From the IMG/VR virus record IMGVR_UViG_3300035494_000142: a stretch of 25,581 bases of DNA. One strand, 5' to 3'. Position 1 is the stretch's first letter. Each line of letters starts with the position of its first letter. Made by a program: the position numbers and the translations under genes. Below are positions 5,446 through 14,400 of this stretch, in pieces. A model generated the notes under the pieces. It was not told the origin of the DNA and searched no databases. It saw nothing but the letters and a program-made list of their open reading frames with translations. Source of the stretch: a virus.

Positions 5446-5503
5446 TTTGTTTTGTTCTCCTACTAGTATTTACCGTAATGTGTAAAAATCATGGTATAAT
5501 AGG
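5439..5503 (-). promoter_or_regulatory. Conserved leader and translation-initiation module, copy 2 (24-nt block 5439-5462 plus CCTATTATA box 5495-5503)
   Basis: Identical 24-mer and box as at 185-255. Both copies lie just downstream of a terminator and start a short transcription unit. Confidence 0.55.
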
Positions 5504-5516
5504 AGTGCAATGAAAG

Positions 5517-5539
5517 AAAAAGCCCATGAAGGGCTTTTT
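5517..5539. terminator. Rho-independent terminator ending the long structural operon (works on either strand)
   Basis: aaaaagccc / gggcttttt stem with loop atgaa. Confidence 0.7.
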
Positions 5540-5591
5540 AGGGAGAATAAACAAAATGGCATTAATGTTTACCATAATATTTATCAAGGGT

Positions 5592-5616
5592 GGGGGGTGC
5601 GCAAGTACATCCCCCC
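5592..5616. other. G6-loop-C6 hairpin
   Basis: gggggg, a 13-nt loop, then cccccc. It lies 37 nt past the stop of the 5653-5787 gene. Confidence 0.5.
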
Positions 5617-5652
5617 GTGGGTGCAAGGAAATAAACGACCCAACACGATTGC

Positions 5653-5787
5653 CTACTTGCGGCGTTTTTTCTTTGGCTTAATTGAATACGCAATAGCCAC
5701 AGCTTCTTCTGGCGTGTGGCCTTCTTTAATAAGAGATGCAATATTCTTTCGCCTTGCTGTTTTTGAGTTGCTTTGTATTAATGGCAT
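5653..5787 (-). CDS. Small basic protein, 44 aa (MPLIQSNSKTARRKNIASLIKEGHTPEEAVAIAYSIKPKKKRRK)
   Basis: Below the ORF-track size cutoff. Its ATG overlaps the upstream stop as TAATG. The sequence is protein-like with a basic tail. Confidence 0.6.
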   Translation of the reverse strand: MPLIQSNSKTARRKNIASLIKEGHTPEEAVAIAYSIKPKKKRRK

Positions 5788-6134
5788 TATTTAAAATAAA
5801 TTCCAATTGCTGCCATAATCACTGAAGAAATTAAAATCCATAGTAACTTTGTAGAAGTGTTTAAAAAGCGACTTGTGTCATTTAGCTTTATATCGTGTAT
5901 TTCAAGTTTTTGATGTATCCGTTCAATTGACCTGTGTACGTGAACTTTATCTTCTTCAAGTGATAGCAATTTTTCTTCAGCGCGAGCAAGAGCAATAACA
6001 GTTTCTGCAAGACTGTCAATTTTTGATTCAATACGATCTAGCCTGCGAGTATCTGTTGCAACAGCTTCAAGTAGCTGGCGATCTGCTTCCCTCCTCATGT
6101 AACTTTCCGTCCTGTAAAAATCTTCATCTTGCAT
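5787..6134 (-). CDS. Coiled-coil protein with a C-terminal transmembrane anchor; possible lysis-module (XhlA/holin-like) protein
   Basis: A heptad-like charged N-terminal region is followed by LLWILISSVIMAAIGIYFK at the C-terminus. AAGGA lies 7 nt before the ATG. The function is inferred from architecture only. Confidence 0.5.
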   Translation of the reverse strand: MQDEDFYRTESYMRREADRQLLEAVATDTRRLDRIESKIDSLAETVIALARAEEKLLSLEEDKVHVHRSIERIHQKLEIHDIKLNDTSRFLNTSTKLLWILISSVIMAAIGIYFK

Positions 6135-6144
6135 AACTTAGTCC

Positions 6145-6603
6145 TTACGTTTCGCTAATATTTGTATTGCCAATTGGGACGCGAATCCAAATTGCTTTTC
6201 CATCTACGTCTAGGAGCCCAGAAGCAACAGCGATGCATGGTGCACCACTATCTCCGTTTGAGCAAAATGCGATAGTTCCTAGTGTAGCTCCTATGAATTC
6301 TTTGAGCTCTGCTACTGTTTTATTAACAAATGCCAATTGACTGTTTACTTCAATTACTTCAGTTCCGGAGTTAAGAACTACTGGGTTTGAAGAGTTACTT
6401 GTCAATTGGCTTGAGGCATGTATTGCAGGTATTTGTCCACTGGCGTCCAGTGGACAAATACCATTTGGTACTGCGTATGATTCAACAACGTCTTTTAATG
6501 TTGCGAGCCCGTTGTGTAGCTCCGGACGCGCATTGCCAATAAAGTCGTAGTCGCTGTCAAGGTGTTCAAATGTTACTAGTGCGTTTTGTGGGAAATCTGC
6601 CAT
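6145..6603 (-). CDS. Small fibre-like or tail-associated protein, 152 aa
   Basis: NGICPLDASGQIPAIH resembles NGIAGLDSAGKVPAGQLP in the long tail fibre. It lies directly after the central fibre gene. Confidence 0.55.
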   Translation of the reverse strand: MADFPQNALVTFEHLDSDYDFIGNARPELHNGLATLKDVVESYAVPNGICPLDASGQIPAIHASSQLTSNSSNPVVLNSGTEVIEVNSQLAFVNKTVAELKEFIGATLGTIAFCSNGDSGAPCIAVASGLLDVDGKAIWIRVPIGNTNISET

Positions 6604-6606
6604 GTT

Positions 6607-9600
6607 TTATGATCCTGATGTAAAGTTTTCAATCTCGTTCGCCATATTAATACGATAATGTAGCGGGAAGCCTTCTTGGTCTGGTACTTGTTTAACTTCT
6701 GGGTAACCTGTTACTGTTATTTCAACCCATACACTTGATGCTGAAATTAATGCGTTATTTTGGTTGTAGAACTTAAACTTAATTTGATTCTGATCGCTAG
6801 GATTGCGAGGACCAAAGTCAGTTGGTACCAGTTTATATAAGCCATTGACTGTTACGTTATTTATTTTACCAAATTTAACTTCATCCCATGCAAAAGTATG
6901 TTCGCCTGTTGCTACGTTGTATGTAGTATACCCGTACGAATCACCAACTTGGATGCGGAAAGTTGATGTAATTTCGTTTGTGTATATTCCCATATCAAAG
7001 CTTAAAATACCAACTGGACTTTGCAAATCAGAACCGTCTTTGTTCTTAATTTCAACGCGCGGGCGAATGTAACGTCCTGTGCGTACATCACCATAAGGAC
7101 TATTTGCGAACGGTTGACCTTCATTCCACGTTACCATATCGTTACTAACGTCAAATGCTGCATGGTAGTATGTTCCAACATCAAAGTTTTCTCCTTGTTC
7201 TGACAATCGCTTTGGAGTAGTCTTAACTTCAGCAGTCCAGTAGAATTCTTTAACTTGTTTTAAGTCGTATGTTGGACCAACGTATGTCGCAGATTGGATT
7301 AGAGCAATTTGATTTAACCAGTGGTTGTGGTTACTCCAGTTGTCGCTTGCTCGCGCGCCAAGCCAAGTGCGGTGTAGCTTCTTCTTATACTGTTCAACAC
7401 CTTGGTAGTTTACGTAGTAGTCTTCTGTTTCTTTCTTAAAGTCATTCCATGTAATACCCCAACGTGTTTTACGCTCTTGGTAAGTGCCTTCTCCCGGGAA
7501 TCCTGAGTATGTTGTGAACTTCTCTCCAACATCTGGCAATCCAAGTGGATCATTGTCGTATTGATCCATTGAATCTGCATCCCAAACAGTCCCGTATGAG
7601 TCACCGTTGACGTCATGATTATTACCAGTTTCAATATCTGGGTTTAAATGCCCCCAAACAAGGTTTGGTGATGCATTAGCTTCAACTATTTGGCCAAGTC
7701 CGTTGTTGTACTCAAAATCCTTTAGTAACCAGTGAGCTTTGTGAACTTCACCAGTAATAACAATCCCATCAACGGTATATGTTGTGATCTTGCCGTTTTC
7801 TTCTATAGGTCCTTTTGAGTTGCGCGGAAATACTGAAATATAGTACGATGCACCGCGACGGGCGTTTGTAAATGTTAAAGTGTTGTTGCGTACAACACCG
7901 TTCCATCTCCAAACATTTGGCTCATCTGAAATCCGCTGAATGTATACTTGGTAACCCCATTCGTTGTTTGAATCAATAGTTGTCCAATTGATTTCTAGAT
8001 CAGTAGTATTGTCAGTTAGTTCGCCGCTTTCTGCTTTTAAGTCTCTTACAAAAATAGCTGTTACTTTATCAGGTAGCTCAGTATTTGGCAAGAACTGGTC
8101 AATTTGTGTGTTGGAATCCCACCCATAACCGGATGGTACTAATAGTCTATTACGATTCGGAGCAGGTAGACGACGTGCAGCTGTTCTCTCCCAGTTTTCC
8201 TGCAGGTTATTAATTTCAACGTTCTCTTTTATTGCAAGACGTTTTGCTGCAACGTCAACTGTGAAGTCTGGGTTGTACGTAATATCTGTGATATAGAACT
8301 TTTCGCCTTGCAAACCAGCAATATCATTAGTTATACTAACAACATCGTATATACGGGCATTCAATAAATCAGGAGTTGCTTTGAACGTTACTGTGTCTCC
8401 GTAATGACTTTCAATGATCATAGTACGGTATATGTCTAGAAGTCTAGAAGCATCGCTATTTGCTGATATAGTAACAACTTTCTCTGCATTTGGATCAATA
8501 AATTGTTTTTGTGCACTCCATAGAAACGAATCTCTTACTTCTTTTGCTGTTATTGAAATTTCTTTAGTTGATGTATCAAAATACTTAACAATGAGTTGCT
8601 TAATCTTTTCGCTTGCTGGGATTGCTTCGTACGAAATACCACCAATAATGTTATCTTCGTCAACTTCAAACAGTTTACAGTAGTTGTTGTAAAATGGGTT
8701 TCTGCCAATCATTAACATACAGTTAGGATTGATCCTTAAAGTGTACTTTCCGTCAACATATATTAACGCAGCATTCATATGCCCTAGGAGGTCCTTAATG
8801 TTTGAAGTAAACGACTTTGTAGTGTCTAGGCGATAGTACCTACTAGCATTAAAGGTGGCAGAGCTATCAGACTCTGACCAAACTATTGAATGTAATATTT
8901 TAGAAGCATCTATAAAGCTACTAACGTCTATTAAGTTTGTGTCAATACCATGACCAAACTTTGAATTGATGATATAGTTATATAATACATATGGTAGAGT
9001 TAAAGCAGAATCCCCGGGTACCCCAACACCGTCTACATGAAATTCAAAGTTTGGAATTCCTTGGAACGGCTTTGGGGTTGGGTTTACTTTTTCATAATCT
9101 GGCCATTCTAATCGCATTTTAACATGCGCGATGCCCGGGTATGTTGCTTTGTCTGTATGCCACGAAGGAGTGTGCGTGTTGTTGGTATCACCGCGATTGA
9201 CATAGATTTTTCCGTACGGGTTGAGGTTACTGTATTCGTACGCATTTACTTCACCATAGCCAATTCCGGATTTAAGACTACTAGCGCGTGTAATTAAAGG
9301 ATAAACATATCTGTGATCGTAAATGTTAAGTTCACCAATTGGCCCGTGGCATAAAAGATATGTTATGTAAAGGTACTTATTCTTAGTCCCGCTTGTTTCT
9401 AGATATACTTGCAAACCCCCTGTCTTAGCCCCTATCTTAGCCCCAAGCGATAGATAGCTAGGAATTAAGTTAAAAATTAACGGAACAGGATTAGATCCGC
9501 CGCGCCTATTAACAGTTGTGCCAACTTGCTGATTTAAATCATCTGCACTTGGCATGTCTGGCATGAATAGATCGCCAACAAAATCAAAAATTGGTTCAAT

Positions 9601-9678
9601 GATATTATCAGAAACCCAATCCCATGCTTTCTTAAATGGCTTTGTTACTGATTTCCATACTTTGCTAAAAAATCCCAT
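6607..9678 (-). CDS. Central tail fibre / host-specificity protein (gpJ-like), 1023 aa
   Basis: Size and position after the tape measure and two hub proteins. Its start overlaps the upstream stop as TAATG. Confidence 0.7.
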   Translation of the reverse strand: MGFFSKVWKSVTKPFKKAWDWVSDNIIEPIFDFVGDLFMPDMPSADDLNQQVGTTVNRRGGSNPVPLIFNLIPSYLSLGAKIGAKTGGLQVYLETSGTKNKYLYITYLLCHGPIGELNIYDHRYVYPLITRASSLKSGIGYGEVNAYEYSNLNPYGKIYVNRGDTNNTHTPSWHTDKATYPGIAHVKMRLEWPDYEKVNPTPKPFQGIPNFEFHVDGVGVPGDSALTLPYVLYNYIINSKFGHGIDTNLIDVSSFIDASKILHSIVWSESDSSATFNASRYYRLDTTKSFTSNIKDLLGHMNAALIYVDGKYTLRINPNCMLMIGRNPFYNNYCKLFEVDEDNIIGGISYEAIPASEKIKQLIVKYFDTSTKEISITAKEVRDSFLWSAQKQFIDPNAEKVVTISANSDASRLLDIYRTMIIESHYGDTVTFKATPDLLNARIYDVVSITNDIAGLQGEKFYITDITYNPDFTVDVAAKRLAIKENVEINNLQENWERTAARRLPAPNRNRLLVPSGYGWDSNTQIDQFLPNTELPDKVTAIFVRDLKAESGELTDNTTDLEINWTTIDSNNEWGYQVYIQRISDEPNVWRWNGVVRNNTLTFTNARRGASYYISVFPRNSKGPIEENGKITTYTVDGIVITGEVHKAHWLLKDFEYNNGLGQIVEANASPNLVWGHLNPDIETGNNHDVNGDSYGTVWDADSMDQYDNDPLGLPDVGEKFTTYSGFPGEGTYQERKTRWGITWNDFKKETEDYYVNYQGVEQYKKKLHRTWLGARASDNWSNHNHWLNQIALIQSATYVGPTYDLKQVKEFYWTAEVKTTPKRLSEQGENFDVGTYYHAAFDVSNDMVTWNEGQPFANSPYGDVRTGRYIRPRVEIKNKDGSDLQSPVGILSFDMGIYTNEITSTFRIQVGDSYGYTTYNVATGEHTFAWDEVKFGKINNVTVNGLYKLVPTDFGPRNPSDQNQIKFKFYNQNNALISASSVWVEITVTGYPEVKQVPDQEGFPLHYRINMANEIENFTSGS

Positions 9679-10292
9679 TATTCACCCCACATATATGCTA
9701 AGTTTTGGTCTATTGTTTTTAAATGACTGTAATCGCCTTTTTCGTACTGTGCGAGGTTGTTGTCAAGCAAGTATGCGCGATAACTGTCGTAGTTAGTGGA
9801 GAGTGTTCGCTTTGATTCGCGATCATACAAGTAGTGGCTAACTTGGAATGTAACTAGTGCATCATTTAAATCATGATCGCTATGTGCTCTTACAACATGT
9901 CCTTTGTAGTGGAGTACTGCATTTCCAATTTGAGTATACGGCTCGCTTTCAGTTAGGATTGCTTTTGACAACTCAACTTGAGCAAAAGCATATCTGCCAT
10001 CTTGCACAGAGTTTGTAAATGTTGCGCTCAGTCCACTAAACGCAAGGTCAACAGTTTTACGGCCAAAATTACTTGTTTGGTTAACTCGCGGCATGTTAAG
10101 TATTAACCCCTCCCCGGTATACAGGCGCGAAACACCTGTATGGTCGCGGAAATTAAAATCAACACCGGAGTTTGTTAAGTAATATGTCTCAGCTGCTTGA
10201 TTATCACGCGCAAGAAAAGTAATTTTAACAAGGTCTGCAACATAACAACCATTTTTAATCGCATCTATTTGTGTTTGCGTCCAGCCTGGCAT
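9678..10292 (-). CDS. Tail hub / baseplate protein, 204 aa
   Basis: Second gene after the tape measure and translationally coupled (TAATG). The resemblance to GTA g13-type proteins is from memory only. Confidence 0.6.
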   Translation of the reverse strand: MPGWTQTQIDAIKNGCYVADLVKITFLARDNQAAETYYLTNSGVDFNFRDHTGVSRLYTGEGLILNMPRVNQTSNFGRKTVDLAFSGLSATFTNSVQDGRYAFAQVELSKAILTESEPYTQIGNAVLHYKGHVVRAHSDHDLNDALVTFQVSHYLYDRESKRTLSTNYDSYRAYLLDNNLAQYEKGDYSHLKTIDQNLAYMWGE

Positions 10293-10951
10293 TAGATGTC
10301 CTCTCTTAAATTTAAAGCAATACTAGTACGACCAAGTAATCCTGAGCTCATTTGCGACACTTTATCATCAAGGAACACACGCCATCGCACTCCTCGCGCA
10401 ATGATCGCTGTGCCTGCAGGGACGTCCATAACAAGAGATGGGCTTATTTTAAACGCCCCGTGCGAAACTGATCCAACATCAATTGGGTTACTTACTTCAG
10501 TGATCTGATAAACTTTTGAGTGATTAAAAAATTGAATATAATCGCCAACGCTCAAAAAATCGCCCATTAATTGGTTATAATGTGTGTTTTGGAAGTTAGT
10601 TGAGTACTCAATAATTGAATTGCTTTTTGATTTAGTAAATCGCGTTGTTAACGTTGGGTCAACAACTCCATTATACTCAATTGCAAGATCGCTGTATACA
10701 CCGCTTGAATCGCTGTAGTAAGGAACTTCTACATCAAAATACGATAACTGCCCTTTTTGTGCTTGTAAAAAGCCCATTATTTCTTTTGCGCTTTTAACTT
10801 CTAAGCTTGGGTAGTTTACTTGTAGTTTGTAGTAGTGCCCCATGTAGTTAAGTCGTTGTGTTTGGCCACTATTGGCTTCAACAACAACAGTTGGGAAGTG
10901 ACTTGTTATCGTCACCTCCGCAAAGTTAGTGTTTGGTAAAATACCGCTCAT
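10292..10951 (-). CDS. Distal tail protein, 219 aa
   Basis: Immediately follows the tape measure with a TAATG overlap. Size is typical of Dit or GTA g12-type proteins. Confidence 0.6.
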   Translation of the reverse strand: MSGILPNTNFAEVTITSHFPTVVVEANSGQTQRLNYMGHYYKLQVNYPSLEVKSAKEIMGFLQAQKGQLSYFDVEVPYYSDSSGVYSDLAIEYNGVVDPTLTTRFTKSKSNSIIEYSTNFQNTHYNQLMGDFLSVGDYIQFFNHSKVYQITEVSNPIDVGSVSHGAFKISPSLVMDVPAGTAIIARGVRWRVFLDDKVSQMSSGLLGRTSIALNLREDI

Positions 10952-13209
10952 TATCGTAACATTCCTGGATTCTCATTGACAGCTTGACGAACCATATTAA
11001 CAATCATCGCGCGGCGACTTGCAAGTAATTCATCAAAGCTAGTAGAGTCAATGTTATTTATTGAGAAGGTTACGTTAACATCCTTCCCATTACCTAAGTT
11101 GCCGTTTGGAATGATTGTGCCACTCTGACTTGGTACGAACATCTCCGGACCACGCTCACCAACGATATATGGCTTTTTACCCATAACACTACCACCAGTA
11201 AATCGTCCGGGCGGCTGCTGACTTGCAATAGTTGCAATTTGAGCAGCACCTGCAGCAACAACAATACCAGCCAATATTGGACCAAAAATACCACCTTGTG
11301 CAAGTGCTTTAGTTGCACCTGTTGCAGTGTTCATAATCGCTTCGCTTATTTGCAAGGCTTGCTGTGCGCGGAATGCAGCTTTGTTAGTTTTAGCCATTTC
11401 ACTTAGCAATGCTTTACCACTTTCTTTAGCAAACGCAACTTGCTCATCGCCGCTCATTTTGCTAAATTCAATCTTTGCAAATTCACCATCTTTAAAATAT
11501 CCAACGTTACGCTGAACATTTGCTGCTTGGATTGATGCAAGTTTGTCTTGGTGTTGCTGTTCAAGTTCTTCTCGCATTGCGGCATATTCAGAAAATGCAA
11601 GGTTTTGAGTATTGTAGTACTCTTCAAGTGTTGACATACGCTCTTGGAAATTGATTGCTTCTTTTTCCTTTTCAGTACGTAAACTTTCTTGCAAACTTTC
11701 AAATCGCTTCTTAAGTTCGTCTTGGTACTTTTTAGTTCCTTCGCTCATTCCGGCGGGTGCAACACCGCCTGCAGTAAATTGAGGTAAACTATCTAACCCA
11801 ATTGGCTCTCCAACTCCGCTTGAGGTTTTTTGTTGCAATTTGTCGTATGCGTCACCTGCTTGGGTCCAAGCATCAGCAAGACCTAGTGCACCTTCTTTAA
11901 CATCATTTGGAACAGCATTAGCGAGAGCGTCTGTTAAGCTTTGTGCAGATTCTTTTGCATATTCTAAGCCGTTGTCAACCATATCGCTTACTGATTCTTT
12001 TGCACTATTAAATGCACTTTCAACGCGGTCCATACCCGGTATAAATTCAGCAATAGTATTGTATACATCTAGAAGCTTTTGTTTAAATGCTTCAAATCGT
12101 TCTTGTATACCTTTGATTACGGCTGCAACTTTTTCTTTAATAAACGAAGCAAATCTACTAAATGCCTGACCAACAAAATCAACAACTGCTGATATTTGTG
12201 CAAGTGTGCGGCCTAAGCCGTTTTCAAAACTTAAGTATGCAAGTAGTGCAACAACTGCACTAATTAAGAATCCAATTGGGTTTGCTCGTATCGCAATATT
12301 GAGTGCAAGGACAGCTTTTTGGGCCATTGTTACAGCACCAGCAAGTCCGCTTGCGCCAATATATGGTAGTGCAGCGGCAAATGCTGCTCCAAGTATACTT
12401 GTATTTTCAGCTGCAAGCTTGATTAGATACGTAACGCCATTAAGTGCACTTCCTAACACTGAACCAAATTGTTCAGCAAGTGGTTCGCTTGCATTAATTA
12501 AGCCAGTTACTGTAGCTATTAATTCTTTTAAAGCAGGAGAAGCACCATTGCCAACTGCAGCTGCAACATTAGTAACGCCAATTGAGAAGTTACTCATTAA
12601 CGTTGACAAGTTGCCAAGGCTGCTAGCAGTTGCTCCGCCAAACTGCTCTTCAATGCCACTACTTAGAGCATCAAGTATTTGGCGGGCGCCTTCTGCACTT
12701 TGTCCAAACTTACTAATTTCTAAGCGACTTAGGCCAAGCTTTTCTTGTAGTATTTGGAAAACAGGAATACCGCGGTCAGCAAGACGGTTTAAATCCTCTA
12801 ACCCCAAGCCACCTGCTGTTGTTCGCGAAAATAAGTCAGCCATAGCATTTAGTGTGCCAAGCTGATCAGTTGAAACTGCAGCAGTGTCAGTAAATAATCG
12901 CATTAATCGCTCAGTTGGCTGTATACCAGCACTGGCGAGTTTAACGTATGTTTGTGTTAGTTCTTCAACACCAAACTGTGTGCGAGTTGATAAATCTTGC
13001 AACGCCTTAAAAGCACGACTGCCTATATCTGCACTTTTAGTAACAGATGTAAGCGCACTTCTTAAGTCTTCAAAACGAGCAGTGACCCTGACGATGCTTG
13101 CTGCAACTGCGCCAGTTGCTAATGCTCCAAGCGCAGATGTTGCTCTGCTAATGCCTCTATCAAATTCGCTGGTGTCCAGTTTGAGTTTAACGGTTTCTTC
13201 AGTAGCCAT
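10951..13209 (-). CDS. Tail tape measure protein, 752 aa
   Basis: Ala/Gly/Leu-rich with hydrophobic central segments and a coiled-coil region. It lies after the chaperone frameshift pair. AAGGAG lies 6 nt before the ATG. Confidence 0.9.
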   Translation of the reverse strand: MATEETVKLKLDTSEFDRGISRATSALGALATGAVAASIVRVTARFEDLRSALTSVTKSADIGSRAFKALQDLSTRTQFGVEELTQTYVKLASAGIQPTERLMRLFTDTAAVSTDQLGTLNAMADLFSRTTAGGLGLEDLNRLADRGIPVFQILQEKLGLSRLEISKFGQSAEGARQILDALSSGIEEQFGGATASSLGNLSTLMSNFSIGVTNVAAAVGNGASPALKELIATVTGLINASEPLAEQFGSVLGSALNGVTYLIKLAAENTSILGAAFAAALPYIGASGLAGAVTMAQKAVLALNIAIRANPIGFLISAVVALLAYLSFENGLGRTLAQISAVVDFVGQAFSRFASFIKEKVAAVIKGIQERFEAFKQKLLDVYNTIAEFIPGMDRVESAFNSAKESVSDMVDNGLEYAKESAQSLTDALANAVPNDVKEGALGLADAWTQAGDAYDKLQQKTSSGVGEPIGLDSLPQFTAGGVAPAGMSEGTKKYQDELKKRFESLQESLRTEKEKEAINFQERMSTLEEYYNTQNLAFSEYAAMREELEQQHQDKLASIQAANVQRNVGYFKDGEFAKIEFSKMSGDEQVAFAKESGKALLSEMAKTNKAAFRAQQALQISEAIMNTATGATKALAQGGIFGPILAGIVVAAGAAQIATIASQQPPGRFTGGSVMGKKPYIVGERGPEMFVPSQSGTIIPNGNLGNGKDVNVTFSINNIDSTSFDELLASRRAMIVNMVRQAVNENPGMLR

Positions 13210-13353
13210 TTAGGACTCCTTTTGTAGTTTAAAATAAGCGCACCAGATTTCTAATTCTGCTACGCTCAGTTCAGCTACTTCTTCAAGGCTTTTGTGAAGT
13301 TCTAGACCCAACCTGCATAAAAGCAACATGTCAGGGTCACGTTTTAGTTTTTT
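13210..13353 (-). CDS. -1 frame extension of the tail assembly chaperone (gpT-like part of the G-T fusion)
   Basis: After a slip on A_AAA_AAC the -1 frame reads LKRDPDMLLLCRLGLELHKSLEEVAELSVAELEIWCAYFKLQKES. It stops at TAA 13210-13212, abutting the tape measure ATG. Confidence 0.75.
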   Translation of the reverse strand, partial: KKLKRDPDMLLLCRLGLELHKSLEEVAELSVAELEIWCAYFKLQKES

Positions 13354-13694
13354 GCAGTTGCCTCAACGTCAAAACTTTCACCCTCTCCGTTGTTTAGGAC
13401 AGTGGCGATTCGTAAAATAACATCTGGATCAGCTTGATTTAGGAGTACTGTGCGATCTGCAGGAGCAAACATTTTTGTACCATCTTCTTTCCGTGCTTTT
13501 GTTACGATTGTTTCAACAAGTGCTTCAACAACTTTGCCTTGATTGTGTAGTTGTAAGATTGCAGACTGTTCTTTAAATGAACTAACTGCTTTGTAGTAGA
13601 TTGTTGTACCCCATTCAGGTACTTCAATTGATAGCATCTTGTCGCCTACGCGATCTTTGAAATGTTCAATTGCTTTTGATAATACTGGGTTCAT
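13344..13694 (-). CDS. Tail assembly chaperone (gpG-like), 116 aa
   Basis: Lies between the tail tube region and the tape measure, is acidic, and carries the slippery site at its 3' end. AAGGAG RBS. Confidence 0.8.
   Translation of the reverse strand: MNPVLSKAIEHFKDRVGDKMLSIEVPEWGTTIYYKAVSSFKEQSAILQLHNQGKVVEALVETIVTKARKEDGTKMFAPADRTVLLNQADPDVILRIATVLNNGEGESFDVEATAKN
13347..13353 (-). promoter_or_regulatory. Slippery heptamer A_AAA_AAC for the programmed -1 frameshift
   Basis: The minus strand reads GCA AAA AAC TAA. The X_XXY_YYZ pattern sits directly before the zero-frame stop. Confidence 0.7.
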
Positions 13695-13984
13695 GGTTTT
13701 CTCCTTGCTTTAACTTCAGTAAGTGTTGGCTCTATCATGCCTTTTTTTGCTTGTTTGCTATGGCCTTTTTCTAGGTAACCTATATAAGGTACGTTGTTGT
13801 AAATCTCATAGCCGTCTGATATTTTTCTTAGTTTCCACCCGGCTCTTGCTCGCCCGGTTTTAACTGGAGTTCGCTTTGTAACACCTTCTAGGATGTGATT
13901 AGCAGTTTGGCGGGACAAAGAATCCCGCCGTTTACTTAGCTTTTGTTTGAGTTTAGAAGATTTAACCTCAACGCTAAGTTTCAT
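13691..13984 (-). CDS. HK97 gp10-like head-tail/tail component, 97 aa
   Basis: TPVKTGRARAGWKL...NNVPYIGYLEKGHS matches the remembered gp10-family pattern (pvdTG.lr..w...v.Ya..vE.G). Confidence 0.6.
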   Translation of the reverse strand: MKLSVEVKSSKLKQKLSKRRDSLSRQTANHILEGVTKRTPVKTGRARAGWKLRKISDGYEIYNNVPYIGYLEKGHSKQAKKGMIEPTLTEVKARRKP

Positions 13985-13989
13985 TTACG

Positions 13990-14400
13990 TTATGCCTTTA
14001 CACCAAATGTTAGACCATTAGTGCCTTGGAAGCTAGCAGTTGCTTCTACTAGACCGTCGTAACTTGCAGTAATTGAGAAACCAGTGATAATTACATTACC
14101 ACTAATCATCATATCACCAATAGTGTCACCTTCTGGGTAGAAAATAACTTCTACTTCCGGGTCACTGTCACTGAAAACATCAAAAGCAGCAATAGCAGAG
14201 TATTGCGGACTTGTGTCGTCTAGAACAAGATCCATACTTCCAGTGAAAGTACGCATACCTTTAATAAAACGGCGATTAGTGTCGCCCATATAACTCACGT
14301 CAAGCGTGTCTTGTGTTGTGTCAAGTGTAAAAGAACGAATTTGTGCAGCAGTATTACCACCAACACTTACGATCCCATCACTTCCTCTAATTGCGGCCAT
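13990..14400 (-). CDS. Major tail tube protein, 136 aa
   Basis: Size, position upstream of the chaperone and tape measure, and a beta-rich sequence ending in a SFQGTNGL-type motif. Confidence 0.7.
   Translation of the reverse strand: MAAIRGSDGIVSVGGNTAAQIRSFTLDTTQDTLDVSYMGDTNRRFIKGMRTFTGSMDLVLDDTSPQYSAIAAFDVFSDSDPEVEVIFYPEGDTIGDMMISGNVIITGFSITASYDGLVEATASFQGTNGLTFGVKA

Noticed and set aside
5510-5794. A 94-aa plus-strand ORF with AGGAG upstream
   Set aside because: It runs through a terminator hairpin and a G6/C6 hairpin. It also overlaps, in antisense, the better-supported 44-aa minus-strand gene that is translationally coupled to its neighbour.
11840-13213. Long plus-strand ORFs (109, 219 and 109 aa) opposite the tape measure gene
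   Set aside because: These are antisense shadow frames of an Ala/Leu/Ser-rich gene. They have no RBS and give low-complexity translations.
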